Shown: positions 54,901 to 62,215 of the stretch, one piece after another
Numbering within the stretch: the stretch's first letter is position 1
Layout: each line of letters starts with the position of its first letter
Assembly: GCA_045120465.1 (NCBI GenBank)
Contig: JBGVEW010000035.1
Location: 212-64,211, forward strand
Origin: Eubacteriales bacterium
Lineage (GTDB): Bacteria > Bacillota > Clostridia > Oscillospirales > CAG-272
DNA length: 64,000 bases
Reading direction: 5' to 3'
Program-made: the position numbers and the translations under genes
The notes under the pieces: model-generated
Seen by the model: the letters and a program-made list of their open reading frames with translations, nothing else
Database searches by the model: none
Told to the model about the DNA's origin: nothing

Positions 54901-56776
54901 TGTCGTATCCGCCGCCGGGAATTGCCGAGAGAATGTTACCGCCGTGTGCGGTGATCTCGGGCTTGAGCGTCAGGTCGGGATTAGGTCCCCAGCTCGAGAA
55001 GTCACTCATGAAGGGGCCTGCCTGATTTTCGTACTTGAAGGTGATCTTACCGGTCTTTTGCTTTGCCATGAGATCACCGTCGTCCTTACCGATGGAGATA
55101 ACGGGGATCTTGACGTCGTTACCGACCGTCATAATGATATCACCGAATACGTTGTTGTAAATGATGATTGCTGCAGCACCCGCCTCGTAAGCGTACTGCA
55201 TCTTTTCCTCAAAGGTGATGTCACCGCGGCGTACCAGCGCGATCTTGCCCGCAATGTCAACGCCCTCGTAGTTAATGGGCATACCCACGCCGGGGATTGC
55301 AACGTAATCGTAATCCTTAGGCTGTCCGGGAGCCACTCCGAGCATTGCAAAGAAATCGTACTCCTTTGCGTTCTGGTTTACGGACTCGTGGAAGAAGATC
55401 TCGTCCTTGCCGTTTGCCAGCATATACTTGTCCTTGTTACCGTTGATGGAAGCAACGGACATTGCAGCCATGTAGGTAGAGGGAGCACCGACCGTAGCAG
55501 AGTCGGGGTTGCCGCTCTTGTTGGTGTTACCGCCCTCGGAGCCGTAACCGCTGCTGTAATCGTTGGAAGCAGCAACCAGCAGAGAAATACCTGCTTTTTC
55601 GATGTTATCGTACAGGGTGTTCTTGTATTCCTCATCTACCTCACGGGTAAATCCGCAGGAGGTACCCAAGCTCATGTTGATCGCGTCAACGCCGAGGATG
55701 ATCGAGTCCTCAAGAGCCGCGAGAATATCACCGTCCTCAGCGCCTGCCTCGTAGTCGCTGAACACCTTCATGATTGCGAACTGCGTATCGATTGCAACAC
55801 CCGTAATGGTTTCGTCCATACCGCCGATGATGCCCGCAACGTGCGTACCGTGCTCGTTTGCAAAGGGCATGATGTTTGCGTCCTTATCCGCATAGTCGTA
55901 ACCGAATGCGATCTTGTTACCCGTGATGTTACCGTAGTAAACCTCACGCGCCTCAAGGGAGTTGTCGTAACCGTATGCGCGAGTCTCGGTCAGAAGTGCC
56001 TCAATCTTGTCACGGTCGTACCGAGGGGATGCAACCTCGTGCGTCGTGAACGCGGTGTGCGTGTAATCGCACCCCGTATCCAGAATTGCCACGATGGTTT
56101 TCTCACCGGTGAACTTGATGTCACCGCTGTTGAAGATACCCGTGTCGTAAACGTTAACGGGGTTTTCAACCGCAATGGCAGGCTCGTAGGTGTTGGAGAG
56201 GATCACGCGCTCAACGCCTTCGATCTTGGTAATTGCCGCCAACTGCTCGTAGGTGGTGGAAACGTACGCACCGTCCGCTACGTGGAAGTAGTTGTACTTG
56301 ACCTCGGTGATCAGCCCTGCCTCTTCCAAACGGGAGAGCACCTTTTTCTGGTTCGCCTCCAGCTTTGCCTTCAACTCGGCAGCCTTGGCGGACACGCGGT
56401 ATTCCGCGTAGGTCATGTCCTGTCGATCCTTCGAGAAGGAGGAGACCAGCGAATCATCCGAGAAGGTCAGGATAACCTCGACCTTGCCGTGAAGCTCGTA
56501 GTCCTCGATCTTCTTGAGCAGATCCTGATTGATCGAGCCGAGAAAATCCTTTCTCAGTTGAGCGATCGCCTCATCGCTGTCAAACTTTCCGATACCGCCG
56601 GAAAGCAGTTCTTCCAGTGTCGTGGGCTTGCCGATCAGGGTAGAGATTCCCGAGACCAGAGCCGAACAGCTCAAAGCCAGGGTCTGAATCATCATTGCCA
56701 TGATCAGAAGCCATGTCAGAAGCGGCTTCATCAGTCGCTTCATCCGCGAATGTCGTGTAGTGTTTGTGTTGTGCAT
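48974..56776 (-). CDS. giant cell-anchored subtilisin-family (S8) serine protease with PA domain, Big_2 domains, BspA-type LRR arrays and a C-terminal TM anchor
   Basis: Catalytic motifs are AILDTGCDYTH (Asp), HGTHVAGIIGG (His) and SGTSMAAPNMCG (Ser). The PA insert reads GKIALVRRGDITFEEK. Big_2 motifs are SSDETVVAI and TSNPKAATV. About 1,100 aa of LRRs are followed by the TM helix WAIILIVVGAVIVLAGVGVGIGL. The preferred start is the ATG at 56776 (GAGGAAAA upstream); the ORF-track start at 56818 is a TTG. Confidence 0.9.
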   Translation of the reverse strand: MHNTNTTRHSRMKRLMKPLLTWLLIMAMMIQTLALSCSALVSGISTLIGKPTTLEELLSGGIGKFDSDEAIAQLRKDFLGSINQDLLKKIEDYELHGKVEVILTFSDDSLVSSFSKDRQDMTYAEYRVSAKAAELKAKLEANQKKVLSRLEEAGLITEVKYNYFHVADGAYVSTTYEQLAAITKIEGVERVILSNTYEPAIAVENPVNVYDTGIFNSGDIKFTGEKTIVAILDTGCDYTHTAFTTHEVASPRYDRDKIEALLTETRAYGYDNSLEAREVYYGNITGNKIAFGYDYADKDANIMPFANEHGTHVAGIIGGMDETITGVAIDTQFAIMKVFSDYEAGAEDGDILAALEDSIILGVDAINMSLGTSCGFTREVDEEYKNTLYDNIEKAGISLLVAASNDYSSGYGSEGGNTNKSGNPDSATVGAPSTYMAAMSVASINGNKDKYMLANGKDEIFFHESVNQNAKEYDFFAMLGVAPGQPKDYDYVAIPGVGMPINYEGVDIAGKIALVRRGDITFEEKMQYAYEAGAAAIIIYNNVFGDIIMTVGNDVKIPVISIGKDDGDLMAKQKTGKITFKYENQAGPFMSDFSSWGPNPDLTLKPEITAHGGNILSAIPGGGYDKLSGTSMAAPNMCGITVLIRQYVKEKYPEMKPEQVRDLVNQLCMSTATIALDHKGNPYSPRKQGAGIADIVKATTTPAYLFVDGIGKTKLELFDDPKRTGVYTMSINLKNISDKALSYTIGNVTMTETLSTSDPEYVAEMGYILSNTAEYSVENGTLKNGVVSVEAGKTAKVTVTLTLSAADKSYLNASFKNGMYVEGFLTFDSTDANGVDLNAPFLAFYGDWGEAPIFDLDYYEVETEAHNNAIDDEDKIKADYYATTPLGSYYYDYVLPLGSYVYAMDESKYTPIPATEDKAAVSYYADAINGIYGIFTGLLRGAKELNISIKNATTGEEVWSETQYNCYKSHFIGSPYPYAAQIRLAMANYQTGEVFGYNNQRFEVTMSAKLDWDGENRNSKDTYSFSFYIDYEAPSITDATFRTEYDKAMKKNRYYVDLMVYDNHYAMSLRPIIVYDDPQGETTEDGTIKKTYSSLCGNPIPIYQEERGKVTKVAVEITDYIDLVKNSSTPEGICFYIDDYAMNSGIAYVPFPETESTELEFLDSALSLDINQIFDLTTFLARKDADVIETGYLQNLTWASSDETVVAIQDGQIEARKAGQATITVTGKDWTFIDPTDGTEKPLYKTLVVNVSDQVVENPDKMQVEDLKFTSYKTLFAFNSDIDYSEIGVTGAINYFGGSSSLAFYPSEKIQLYYQLDPWYLDPDKYELKWTTSNPKAATVDENGVVTAQAEGKARITLQILIDGKPSLLAARLSVEVKSEFVIEGRTLLAYKGWGGDVVIPGDEGIMMIGAFAFSHYDLDNEKEVETDEDGNYDFDDKKTALGNDTVTSVVIPEDVETIEKFAFYGCHKLGSVTLPKSCKTISESAFEGCEVLENINLENVTVIANKAFYQCESLTCKDLGGIDLSSIYALGDKAFAETRISEAILTNLSRSGVAAFANCSKLETVVLGEKTRIAEQMFENTPIKSIVLYCDTVPDSAFKGCTKLTSVEFKNDLTYLGQEAFNGCKNLETVIFGGACEEIAYGAFYKCTDLESLTLPNSAFVLGDLAFASSGLTELIFAENSEIESAGMSTFEGIKGMSFNVEASALYKVENGIVFSKDGTRLILALPDANLGNYEVPAHVKEIGDGAFSANRYLTSVTFAEGSLIKSIGMAAFASCDALKSVVLPARDVQIGEMAFCESKKLTSINLENVTRVGGFAFENTGLVEVNLPQNGVEIGIGAFYGCTSLERVTLGAAAVIGAYAFCGSGVEVVNLLGDGVTVDESAFYGCEDLISIDFTKMTGELGAYAFYYCLSLTDVNMPYVTKIGEACFADCPNLKTFSAERLEVIGDNAFAPSDDENAVSGAGFATVYMPALREIGEYGFYGCVYLTEIDLSNVTKIGGAAFAACQSLQRVVLSENLTDIEDLTFYACLALTDIDLSHVVRIGMGAFYDAPHAEHLDLSSAVEIGSMAFAEGTENTGGAFYLQSVYAPEATHIYDQAFAGCQNLTTVSAPKLEHLGFGAFALTSIVEFEVSPTLQTVEFSIFDSSTTFKTFYAMVDGEKVYDFESDHIMIRDGVLYTVVNNGYVLSVYPVAKENTEFAVADGTVRIEYTAAMNNTFIEKLILPESMKSIGNYAFYACENLKTVVFHSYYAPHLEGTVTGEEIKITPETLEEYPNFDKLYRYDYYYREVDQVAMPLYYMNFIDVVASKGASDLTYVLPDNNEGYDSVLYRAYFKASEETSGATTGKFALAFIEAVKKLPETADRFDKALVDAAINAYNALEGQADELATVEKALIDRFLKARSEYNVDVAEDKINHLYDMDCTEYSFNAVKDASTFFNSLSAEEQQAVENASVLTAKIADLTKAMGMTPDFDKTFAEHFPEEDIPEDNTPDTPPVTDEEPTPDDGMAVWAIILIVVGAVIVLAGVGVGIGLSVGKKRKQQAQPMIEAEPEAEVAETTETAQEAEAAEEVEEEQNDAQDVQDAQDAQDTQDTQEKEQGEE
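48997..49050. repeat. 9-nt in-frame tandem repeat (6 units) at the 3' end of the protease gene
   Basis: cctgcgtat cctgcgtat cctgcgcat cctgtgcgt cttgcacgt cctgcgcat, encoding DAQDVQDAQDAQDTQDTQ in the cytoplasmic tail. Confidence 0.75.
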
Positions 56777-57253
56777 GCTTTTTTCCTCGCATTTTTGAAT
56801 TTCGCCGCCTCGGCACAATCATTTCGGTCCAATTGTTTGAGGGTTTGAGCGCGTAACTTTCACCCCAATTTTTCCGATATGCCAATGACGACATAAATAT
56901 ACATTAAAGATTATACCACAAGATCCGTATTTTTTCAAGTCCTTTATATATAAATAGAATACATTTTCACTTTGTATCAAATTTTTACGTATTTCATCCA
57001 CCATTTTCGTCGTTTTTTACAAAAATATTTTTTCATTTCCGATGCATGAACCGCAAAAGTATGCACCTCCGCGTCTCTTTCCTGTAAGAAAATGCAAGTT
57101 ATGCACTCGGCACTTGCAAAACGCACCTTCCGATGCATGTAAAAAGAGAACAAAAAAACGGCCCTCTCAAAGAGGCTTTTGAGAGAACCGCTTGTAAAAA
57201 AGCGACGAAAAGCTTTTGGTGGGAATTTGCGTTTTTGATGGGATCAACCCAAG

Positions 57254-57293
57254 CAAAAAAACACGGAGGTGTCTCAAATACGAGACACCTCCG
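57254..57293 (-). terminator. rho-independent terminator of the 57316-58053 gene
   Basis: Stem cggaggtgtctc / gagacacctccg (57264-57293) is followed on the minus strand by TTTTTTT (57254-57260). Confidence 0.75.
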
Positions 57294-57315
57294 CGCGATG
57301 GAAGAGACGGCAAAA

Positions 57316-58053
57316 TCAAAGATCTCTGATGACGCGTCTTCTCAAAACCTTATTCGATTTCTTCAGCTTGACAAACGAAGGAGTCGCCACGACCGAAGAG
57401 GACTTGCGCGTGATGATCAGCTGCAGCGCGATCAAAACGAGCGCAACGCCGACGACGATTGCAAAACCGATCCAGTTGGTGTAGGAAAGCTTGAGGATTT
57501 CCAGCGTGGGAACCAGCGCAGACACCATCGCAACCGAAACGAACGCCGCGCTGACGGAAGTCAACAGGATAAAGGAAACGCGCAGGATAAACATGCACAG
57601 AAGTGCCAACAGAATTGCACCGCCGATTGCCAGCGTAATGCTCTTGGTGTAGAAATAAGCGAGAACAAAGCCAACCAGTGCCATTACGGTGTAGAACGCA
57701 TAGGAGAACTTCTTGAACGCCAAAAGGAAGAACAGCGCGCCAAAAATAGCGGCAGGGATATAGGGCACCCAGTTTGGCAGGTCGAGATTGAACCAGCCCT
57801 CAACAAGGTAGAACAGCTCCGCGCCTACGAAATAGTAGCCGACCACCGCAGCAACCGCCGCCGTTAACAGCTTGATCAGCTTATAGCCGAACGCACCGAT
57901 TCCGAGTGCGGCTACAAGACCAATGATGTAAAAGACCATCGGAGGGATTCCAAGCCCCTCTGCTCCAGCGGTAAGACCGTCCGTCAGCTTTGTCAAAAGC
58001 GCGAACAGATCGGTGTTTGTCAAATCGTTAAAAAAGTTTTCAAACATACTCAT
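57316..58053 (-). CDS. polytopic membrane protein, unknown function
   Basis: 245 aa from the ATG at 58053 (GGAAAGGAG upstream). About 6-7 hydrophobic helices and a basic C-terminal tail. Confidence 0.7.
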   Translation of the reverse strand: MSMFENFFNDLTNTDLFALLTKLTDGLTAGAEGLGIPPMVFYIIGLVAALGIGAFGYKLIKLLTAAVAAVVGYYFVGAELFYLVEGWFNLDLPNWVPYIPAAIFGALFFLLAFKKFSYAFYTVMALVGFVLAYFYTKSITLAIGGAILLALLCMFILRVSFILLTSVSAAFVSVAMVSALVPTLEILKLSYTNWIGFAIVVGVALVLIALQLIITRKSSSVVATPSFVKLKKSNKVLRRRVIRDL

Positions 58054-58268
58054 ACTCCTTTCCGAGCAAGTTCCATTTACCACATTATACACCGAACCCC
58101 GTCCTTTTGTCAATAGCTTGTTTCACTTTTTCTCCCGAAAATGTGTTTTTTTTAAAAAAGGCGAGCTAAAAAACCGACAAAAGAGCGGTTTATTTACAAA
58201 ATAATGCTGAAATCCGACCGCGTTTGCTGTATAATAATGTCAACGTACCCTGAAGAGGAGGGCTTCTT

Positions 58269-59627
58269 ATGACGCACGCCGAAAGGCATTACCGTAAAAT
58301 GACCGAGACTCCCGTCTCCCGTCTGATCGTCACGCTTGGAATTCCCACGACCATCTCCATGCTCATCACCGGCGTTTACAATCTTGCCGACACCTACTTT
58401 GTCGGAACGCTCGGGGAAAGTCCGCAGGCGGCAACGGGAATCCTGTTCACCCTGCAATCCATCATTCAGGCAATCGCCTTTATGTGGGGACACGGTTCGG
58501 GCACCTTTGTTTCCAAGGCGTTGGCGGACAGGGATACCGACAGCGCGACACGCTACGTTTCTTCCGCGTTTTTCATCGGCGGTTCCATCGGTATTTTGAT
58601 GATGATATTGGGTCTTTTATGCCTCGACCCGCTCCTGCGTCTGCTTGGCAGCACCGAGACCATTCTCCCCTACGCCCGCGACTACGGAATGTGGGTGCTG
58701 ATCGCCTGCCCCTTTATGATCTGCTCGTTGATCTTAAACAACAATCTGCGCTACGAGGGCAAGGCCTTTTACGCCATGTTCGGTTTGACGACGGGCGGGC
58801 TTCTCAACATCCTTGGCGACTACCTGCTGGTACGCGTATTCGGCATGGGCGTGTTCGGCGCGGGCATGGCTACCGCAATCTCGCAGATGATCAGCTTTAC
58901 GATCCTTTTGATCCTTTACGGAAAATTCGCGCAAAGCCGCATTTGCCTGCGCGCGATCAGCAAAAACATTGAGGAATACCTCGGCATCGTCAAGGTCGGC
59001 TTCCCTTCCCTGATCCGTCAGGGGCTCAATTCGATCTCGGGCGGACTTTTGAACAATCTGACCAAGAGCCTCCCCATTGCAAACCCGGACGCGGCGATTG
59101 CCGCGATGAGCGTGGTCAACCGCTTCTCCTCCCTGGTCATGTTCGTAGGTCTTGGAATCGGTCAGGGCTTCCAGCCCGTTGCGTCCTTTAACTATCAGGC
59201 AAAAAAATATACCCGCGTCAAAAAGGGATTGATCTTTACAACGGTGTTCGGCGTTTGTCTGGTAGGCGTTCTCTCTGTTCTCGGCAATATCTTTGCAGAA
59301 CCGATCGTAGCGATCTTTCAAGAGGAGACAACGGTGCGCGAAATTGCCGTTCCCGCTCTGCGCTACGCCACGGTAGGCTTGCTCTTTTTGCCCCTGTCGG
59401 TTCCCGTCAACATGCTCTACCAAAGCATCCGCAAGGCGGGGATCGCATCTCTGCTTTCCATCCTGCGCTCGGGCGCGGTATTCATTCCCACGTTGCTCCT
59501 GCTTCATCATTTTCTCGGCCTTACGGGAATTCAAGCGGCACAGCCCATTGCCGACGTATTAACGGGGCTTTTGAGCGTACCGTTCATGATCTATTTTTTG
59601 AAGAGCACACCGAATGAAACCGAATAA
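58269..59627 (+). CDS. MATE-family efflux transporter
   Basis: 452 aa with GAGGAGG upstream. It has 12 hydrophobic segments, and the start ..PVSRLIVTLGIPTTISMLITGVYNLADTYFVG.. is typical of MATE proteins. Confidence 0.9.
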   Translation: MTHAERHYRKMTETPVSRLIVTLGIPTTISMLITGVYNLADTYFVGTLGESPQAATGILFTLQSIIQAIAFMWGHGSGTFVSKALADRDTDSATRYVSSAFFIGGSIGILMMILGLLCLDPLLRLLGSTETILPYARDYGMWVLIACPFMICSLILNNNLRYEGKAFYAMFGLTTGGLLNILGDYLLVRVFGMGVFGAGMATAISQMISFTILLILYGKFAQSRICLRAISKNIEEYLGIVKVGFPSLIRQGLNSISGGLLNNLTKSLPIANPDAAIAAMSVVNRFSSLVMFVGLGIGQGFQPVASFNYQAKKYTRVKKGLIFTTVFGVCLVGVLSVLGNIFAEPIVAIFQEETTVREIAVPALRYATVGLLFLPLSVPVNMLYQSIRKAGIASLLSILRSGAVFIPTLLLLHHFLGLTGIQAAQPIADVLTGLLSVPFMIYFLKSTPNETE

Positions 59628-59633
59628 CGCAAG

Positions 59634-59665
59634 GAACGCCCACGCGCAAATGCGCGTGGGCGTTC
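59634..59665 (+). terminator. GC-rich hairpin after the MATE gene
   Basis: gaacgcccacgcgca-aa-tgcgcgtgggcgttc (15-bp stem) starts 7 nt after the stop. There is no clear U-tract. Confidence 0.5.
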
Positions 59666-59670
59666 GGATC

Positions 59671-59885
59671 ACTGACAACCCCTATTATAAAAAAACGTTT
59701 GTTAAATAGCATAAAGCTGTTAGCCGCTTTTCTCTTGGCGATGTGGGCGCAAGAGAAAAGCTCACAAAAGAGAAACGCCGAAAGGGGAATTTCGCACTCT
59801 GCGGAGCGCGAGCAAGGCTCCGCCTTGGGAAACCGCAAGCTTTTGAAAAAGCTTGACCAAAACTTTCATCGCGGGTTTGTACAAA
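59671..59885. repeat. copy B2 of repeat family B
   Basis: It aligns with 7571-7790. The hairpin caagcttttgaaaaagcttg (59836-59855) differs from B1 by a compensatory pair change. Confidence 0.7.
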
Positions 59886-59895
59886 CATAGCAAGT

Positions 59896-59924
59896 AACGC
59901 CCTCGCGGTTTCCGCGAGGGCGTT
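59896..59924. terminator. hairpin 6 nt downstream of the 59930-60256 gene
   Basis: aacgccctcgcgg-ttt-ccgcgagggcgtt, a 13-bp stem. Confidence 0.5.
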
Positions 59925-59929
59925 GCTCT

Positions 59930-60256
59930 TTATCGGTAATACACGTAATACACGATGATGGTGCGCTCGCGTCCGCCGTGCTCCAGATCGGGGGCGGTGA
60001 TCACGACTCCATCCTTGGAAAGCAGTTCCCAAGCCTGCATCTCCTCGATCTTGCATCGCATCAGCACGTCTGCCGATGCAAACACGATCATCTCGTCGTC
60101 ACGGATATTCAATCCCCCGTTTCTGCCGATGACCTCATCCACGTCGTTGATCTTTTCGGTTACGTAGCGGATATGATGATTGCTCATCTGCTTTGCCATC
60201 TCCCAGCGGTATTTTTTACTGTTGGGGTCTTTTTTTCTCGAAAACCAATGAAACAT
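59930..60256 (-). CDS. hypothetical small protein (108 aa)
   Basis: ATG at 60256 with GAGAGGTG upstream; product starts MFHWFSRKKDPNSKKYRWEMAKQ... The longer 227-aa ORF in the track overlaps the methyltransferase gene and is rejected. Confidence 0.6.
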   Translation of the reverse strand: MFHWFSRKKDPNSKKYRWEMAKQMSNHHIRYVTEKINDVDEVIGRNGGLNIRDDEMIVFASADVLMRCKIEEMQAWELLSKDGVVITAPDLEHGGRERTIIVYYVYYR

Positions 60257-60273
60257 CGTCACACCTCTCAAAA

Positions 60274-61467
60274 TCAAAACGCTACGTCGGCATCGCCCAC
60301 CAAAAAACGCTTGGCGGCAAAATACTCGTCCATCAAAGCCTTGGCGCGCGCCGAATTCGGATCGAATCCTTTTTTGCGAAGCCCGCGAAGCATCACGTTT
60401 TTGGGTGTCTCCTCGGGGTCGATCAATTCCAACGTGCAAACGTTGTATCCGTTCGCTTCCAGACGCTTCAGACGCAACGCATCGGTTGCCGCGTCGCACA
60501 GCTTTTGACGCAGCATGGAATGATCGGTGATAAAGGACAACGCCTCGCACTTGATGGTATGATTCATTTCGTGGTGACAGCACGGTGTAGAAAGAATCAC
60601 GTCCGCCTGCCATTCGGTTGCCTTGTGCAATACGATATCGGTGGCAACGTCGCAGGCATGGAGCGAGATCACAAGGTGCACGTGCTCGGTCACCTCGAAT
60701 TCGCGGATATCACCGTGACGGAATTCCAATCCCTCAAAGCCCAGCTTGTTTGCCACACCGTTACAGTATTCCACCACGTCCGCCTTCAGATCCACGCCCG
60801 TCATCCGAACGTTTCTTTTCAGCACGTTTGCAAAGTAATGGTATGCCGCAAAGGAAAGATAGCTCTTTCCGCAACACAGATCGCAAATGCGCAGATCCCC
60901 CGTTTCGGGCAGATGCGGAAGGCAATCGCGGATCAGCTCCAAAAAGCGATTGATCTGGCGGAACTTGGATTGCTTTTTATCCTTGACGCGTCCGTTTTCA
61001 TCGCTGACGTCAAGCAACTTGAGAAAGGGCTCGTCACCGCGCAGAATATAGCTCTTTTCGCGGTTGTTTTTTTCGATTTTGACCGCAGGTGCATCTCCCT
61101 TTTCCAAGGCACGCAAGAGCTTTTCTCCCCCAATGAGGGTCACCTTTCCCCCCTTGGAGCGTCTCAGCTCGCACTCTCCCGCCGACGTCAAAAGATTGAT
61201 CTGCGCAAAGCCGCAAAGCAACGCGCAAATCTCCTCACGGTCGGTCATGGCAAAATTGCGATGCACCGCCTTATTGTCCCTTTGCAAAGTCTCAGCCTGA
61301 ATCAGACTTTTTCCGCCGATCACGCGCATCGTCAACGTCACGCGCAGGACGGATGCGTCGTCGGGCTTGGAAAGCACCGCTTTTTTCAGGCACCCCGCCA
61401 AAGCCGCGCGAGTGATCAGCTCGGTCACGCGACCGTACGGTGTATCCAGCATTTCAATATCGGTCAT
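60274..61467 (-). CDS. class I SAM-dependent methyltransferase with an N-terminal accessory domain
   Basis: The SAM-binding motif I region is ICDLCCGKSYLSF, followed by ..VDLKADVV.. and ..HACDVATD.. Confidence 0.8.
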   Translation of the reverse strand: MTDIEMLDTPYGRVTELITRAALAGCLKKAVLSKPDDASVLRVTLTMRVIGGKSLIQAETLQRDNKAVHRNFAMTDREEICALLCGFAQINLLTSAGECELRRSKGGKVTLIGGEKLLRALEKGDAPAVKIEKNNREKSYILRGDEPFLKLLDVSDENGRVKDKKQSKFRQINRFLELIRDCLPHLPETGDLRICDLCCGKSYLSFAAYHYFANVLKRNVRMTGVDLKADVVEYCNGVANKLGFEGLEFRHGDIREFEVTEHVHLVISLHACDVATDIVLHKATEWQADVILSTPCCHHEMNHTIKCEALSFITDHSMLRQKLCDAATDALRLKRLEANGYNVCTLELIDPEETPKNVMLRGLRKKGFDPNSARAKALMDEYFAAKRFLVGDADVAF

Positions 61468-61470
61468 ATC

Positions 61471-62205
61471 TTATTGATCCTTTTTCTTGTTCTTCTTGTT
61501 TTTTCCAAACTCCAGCTTATGCTCGCTTCCATCCCGGATGCGCTTGATGTTTTCGCGGTGTGCAAACACCACGAACACTGCGGAAAACACCGCCATGGCG
61601 ATGCTGAGATCGGGCACCTGATAGAACGCCTGCAAGATCAGGGGGTACAAAAGTGCCGCCATCATAGAGCCGAAGGACACCATGCGCGTACCGATCGCCC
61701 CCACCAAAAAGATCGCCAAAAGAAAGAGGAAGGTCAGCGGCGAGATCATCAAAACGACCATCGCAAGGCAAGCCACGCCCTTTCCTCCGCTGAAACGGTG
61801 GAAAATGGGAAACATATGTCCGAACATGACGAAAAATCCCGCCAGCGCGCGACCGTTAAAGCCCCAGATCCAAAGCCCGAGCAAAACGGCAAGTGCCGCC
61901 TTGAAGAGATCTAACGAAAAGGTTGCCGCAGCCGCGCCCTTGCCAAAGGTGCGCAGCATATTGGTAGCCCCCGCGTTGCCGCTGCCGTGCTTGCGGATAT
62001 CGTCCTTGTAGTACAGACGCGAGATCAGGATTGCGGGATTGATGCTGCCCAGCAGATATGCCAGGATGATGGATAAAAGCGCGCCCGTGATATGCACGAT
62101 GGCAACCGTGGTATCGTTTCGCCCAATCGCCTCCAGAATCTGCTCCGCCAGCGACCAAAAGCGCACGACGACCTCGTTGGGCGACGGCGTAAGTGCAACA
62201 ATCAT
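61471..62205 (-). CDS. plsY: glycerol-3-phosphate acyltransferase PlsY
   Basis: Contains LGSINPAILISR...HGSGNAGATNMLRTFG (the PlsY signature). AGGAGG lies upstream of the ATG at 62205. It is somewhat long (244 aa), with a Lys-rich tail. Confidence 0.88.
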   Translation of the reverse strand: MIVALTPSPNEVVVRFWSLAEQILEAIGRNDTTVAIVHITGALLSIILAYLLGSINPAILISRLYYKDDIRKHGSGNAGATNMLRTFGKGAAAATFSLDLFKAALAVLLGLWIWGFNGRALAGFFVMFGHMFPIFHRFSGGKGVACLAMVVLMISPLTFLFLLAIFLVGAIGTRMVSFGSMMAALLYPLILQAFYQVPDLSIAMAVFSAVFVVFAHRENIKRIRDGSEHKLEFGKNKKNKKKDQ

Positions 62206-62215
62206 AGCCTCCTCC

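Noticed and set aside
17881-56776. Possibility that the 39-kb block is a prophage, ICE or other mobile island, or a known defence system
   Set aside because: No integrase, recombinase, transposase, phage structural, conjugation, restriction-modification, Cas, toxin-antitoxin, reverse-transcriptase or nuclease genes were recognised. No flanking tRNA or direct repeats were seen. Codon usage (TTA/CTA/TCA avoidance) matches the housekeeping genes.
48947-56848. 2,633-aa plus-strand ORF, together with similar long ORFs at 29-2353, 2690-4129, 18814-21552, 24175-26727, 26738-28201, 29595-31811, 33357-40262, 41698-42960, 45674-47914 and 47688-49094, and the minus-strand ORFs 10436-11614, 14984-16663 and 58734-59534
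   Set aside because: All are codon-aligned antisense shadows of genes with unmistakable family motifs on the other strand (S8 triad, Walker motifs, MIDAS, GlgA/GlgP signatures). Their translations are low-complexity, rich in V/G/R/C/H and recognisable as no family. They stay open only because TTA/CTA/TCA sense codons are nearly absent. The pattern itself is reported as a finding, but the ORFs are not called as genes.
56777-57315. CodY or T-box/riboswitch-type leader upstream of the protease-Opp operon
   Set aside because: Only partial matches to AATTTTCWGAAAATT were seen (e.g. catttttgaatttcg at about 56790-56804). No conserved riboswitch or T-box features (specifier loop, T-box sequence) were recognisable by eye.
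57133-57867. 244-aa plus-strand ORF rich in R/Q/D/K
   Set aside because: It is a codon-aligned antisense shadow of the polytopic membrane protein gene 57316-58053. Its 5' part crosses that gene's terminator hairpin.
61471-62205. PlsY being unusually long (244 aa) as a possible fusion or mis-start
   Set aside because: The ATG at 62205 has a strong AGGAGG SD. The extra residues are an N-terminal hydrophobic segment and a Lys-rich tail, which is plausible natural variation and not pursued further.
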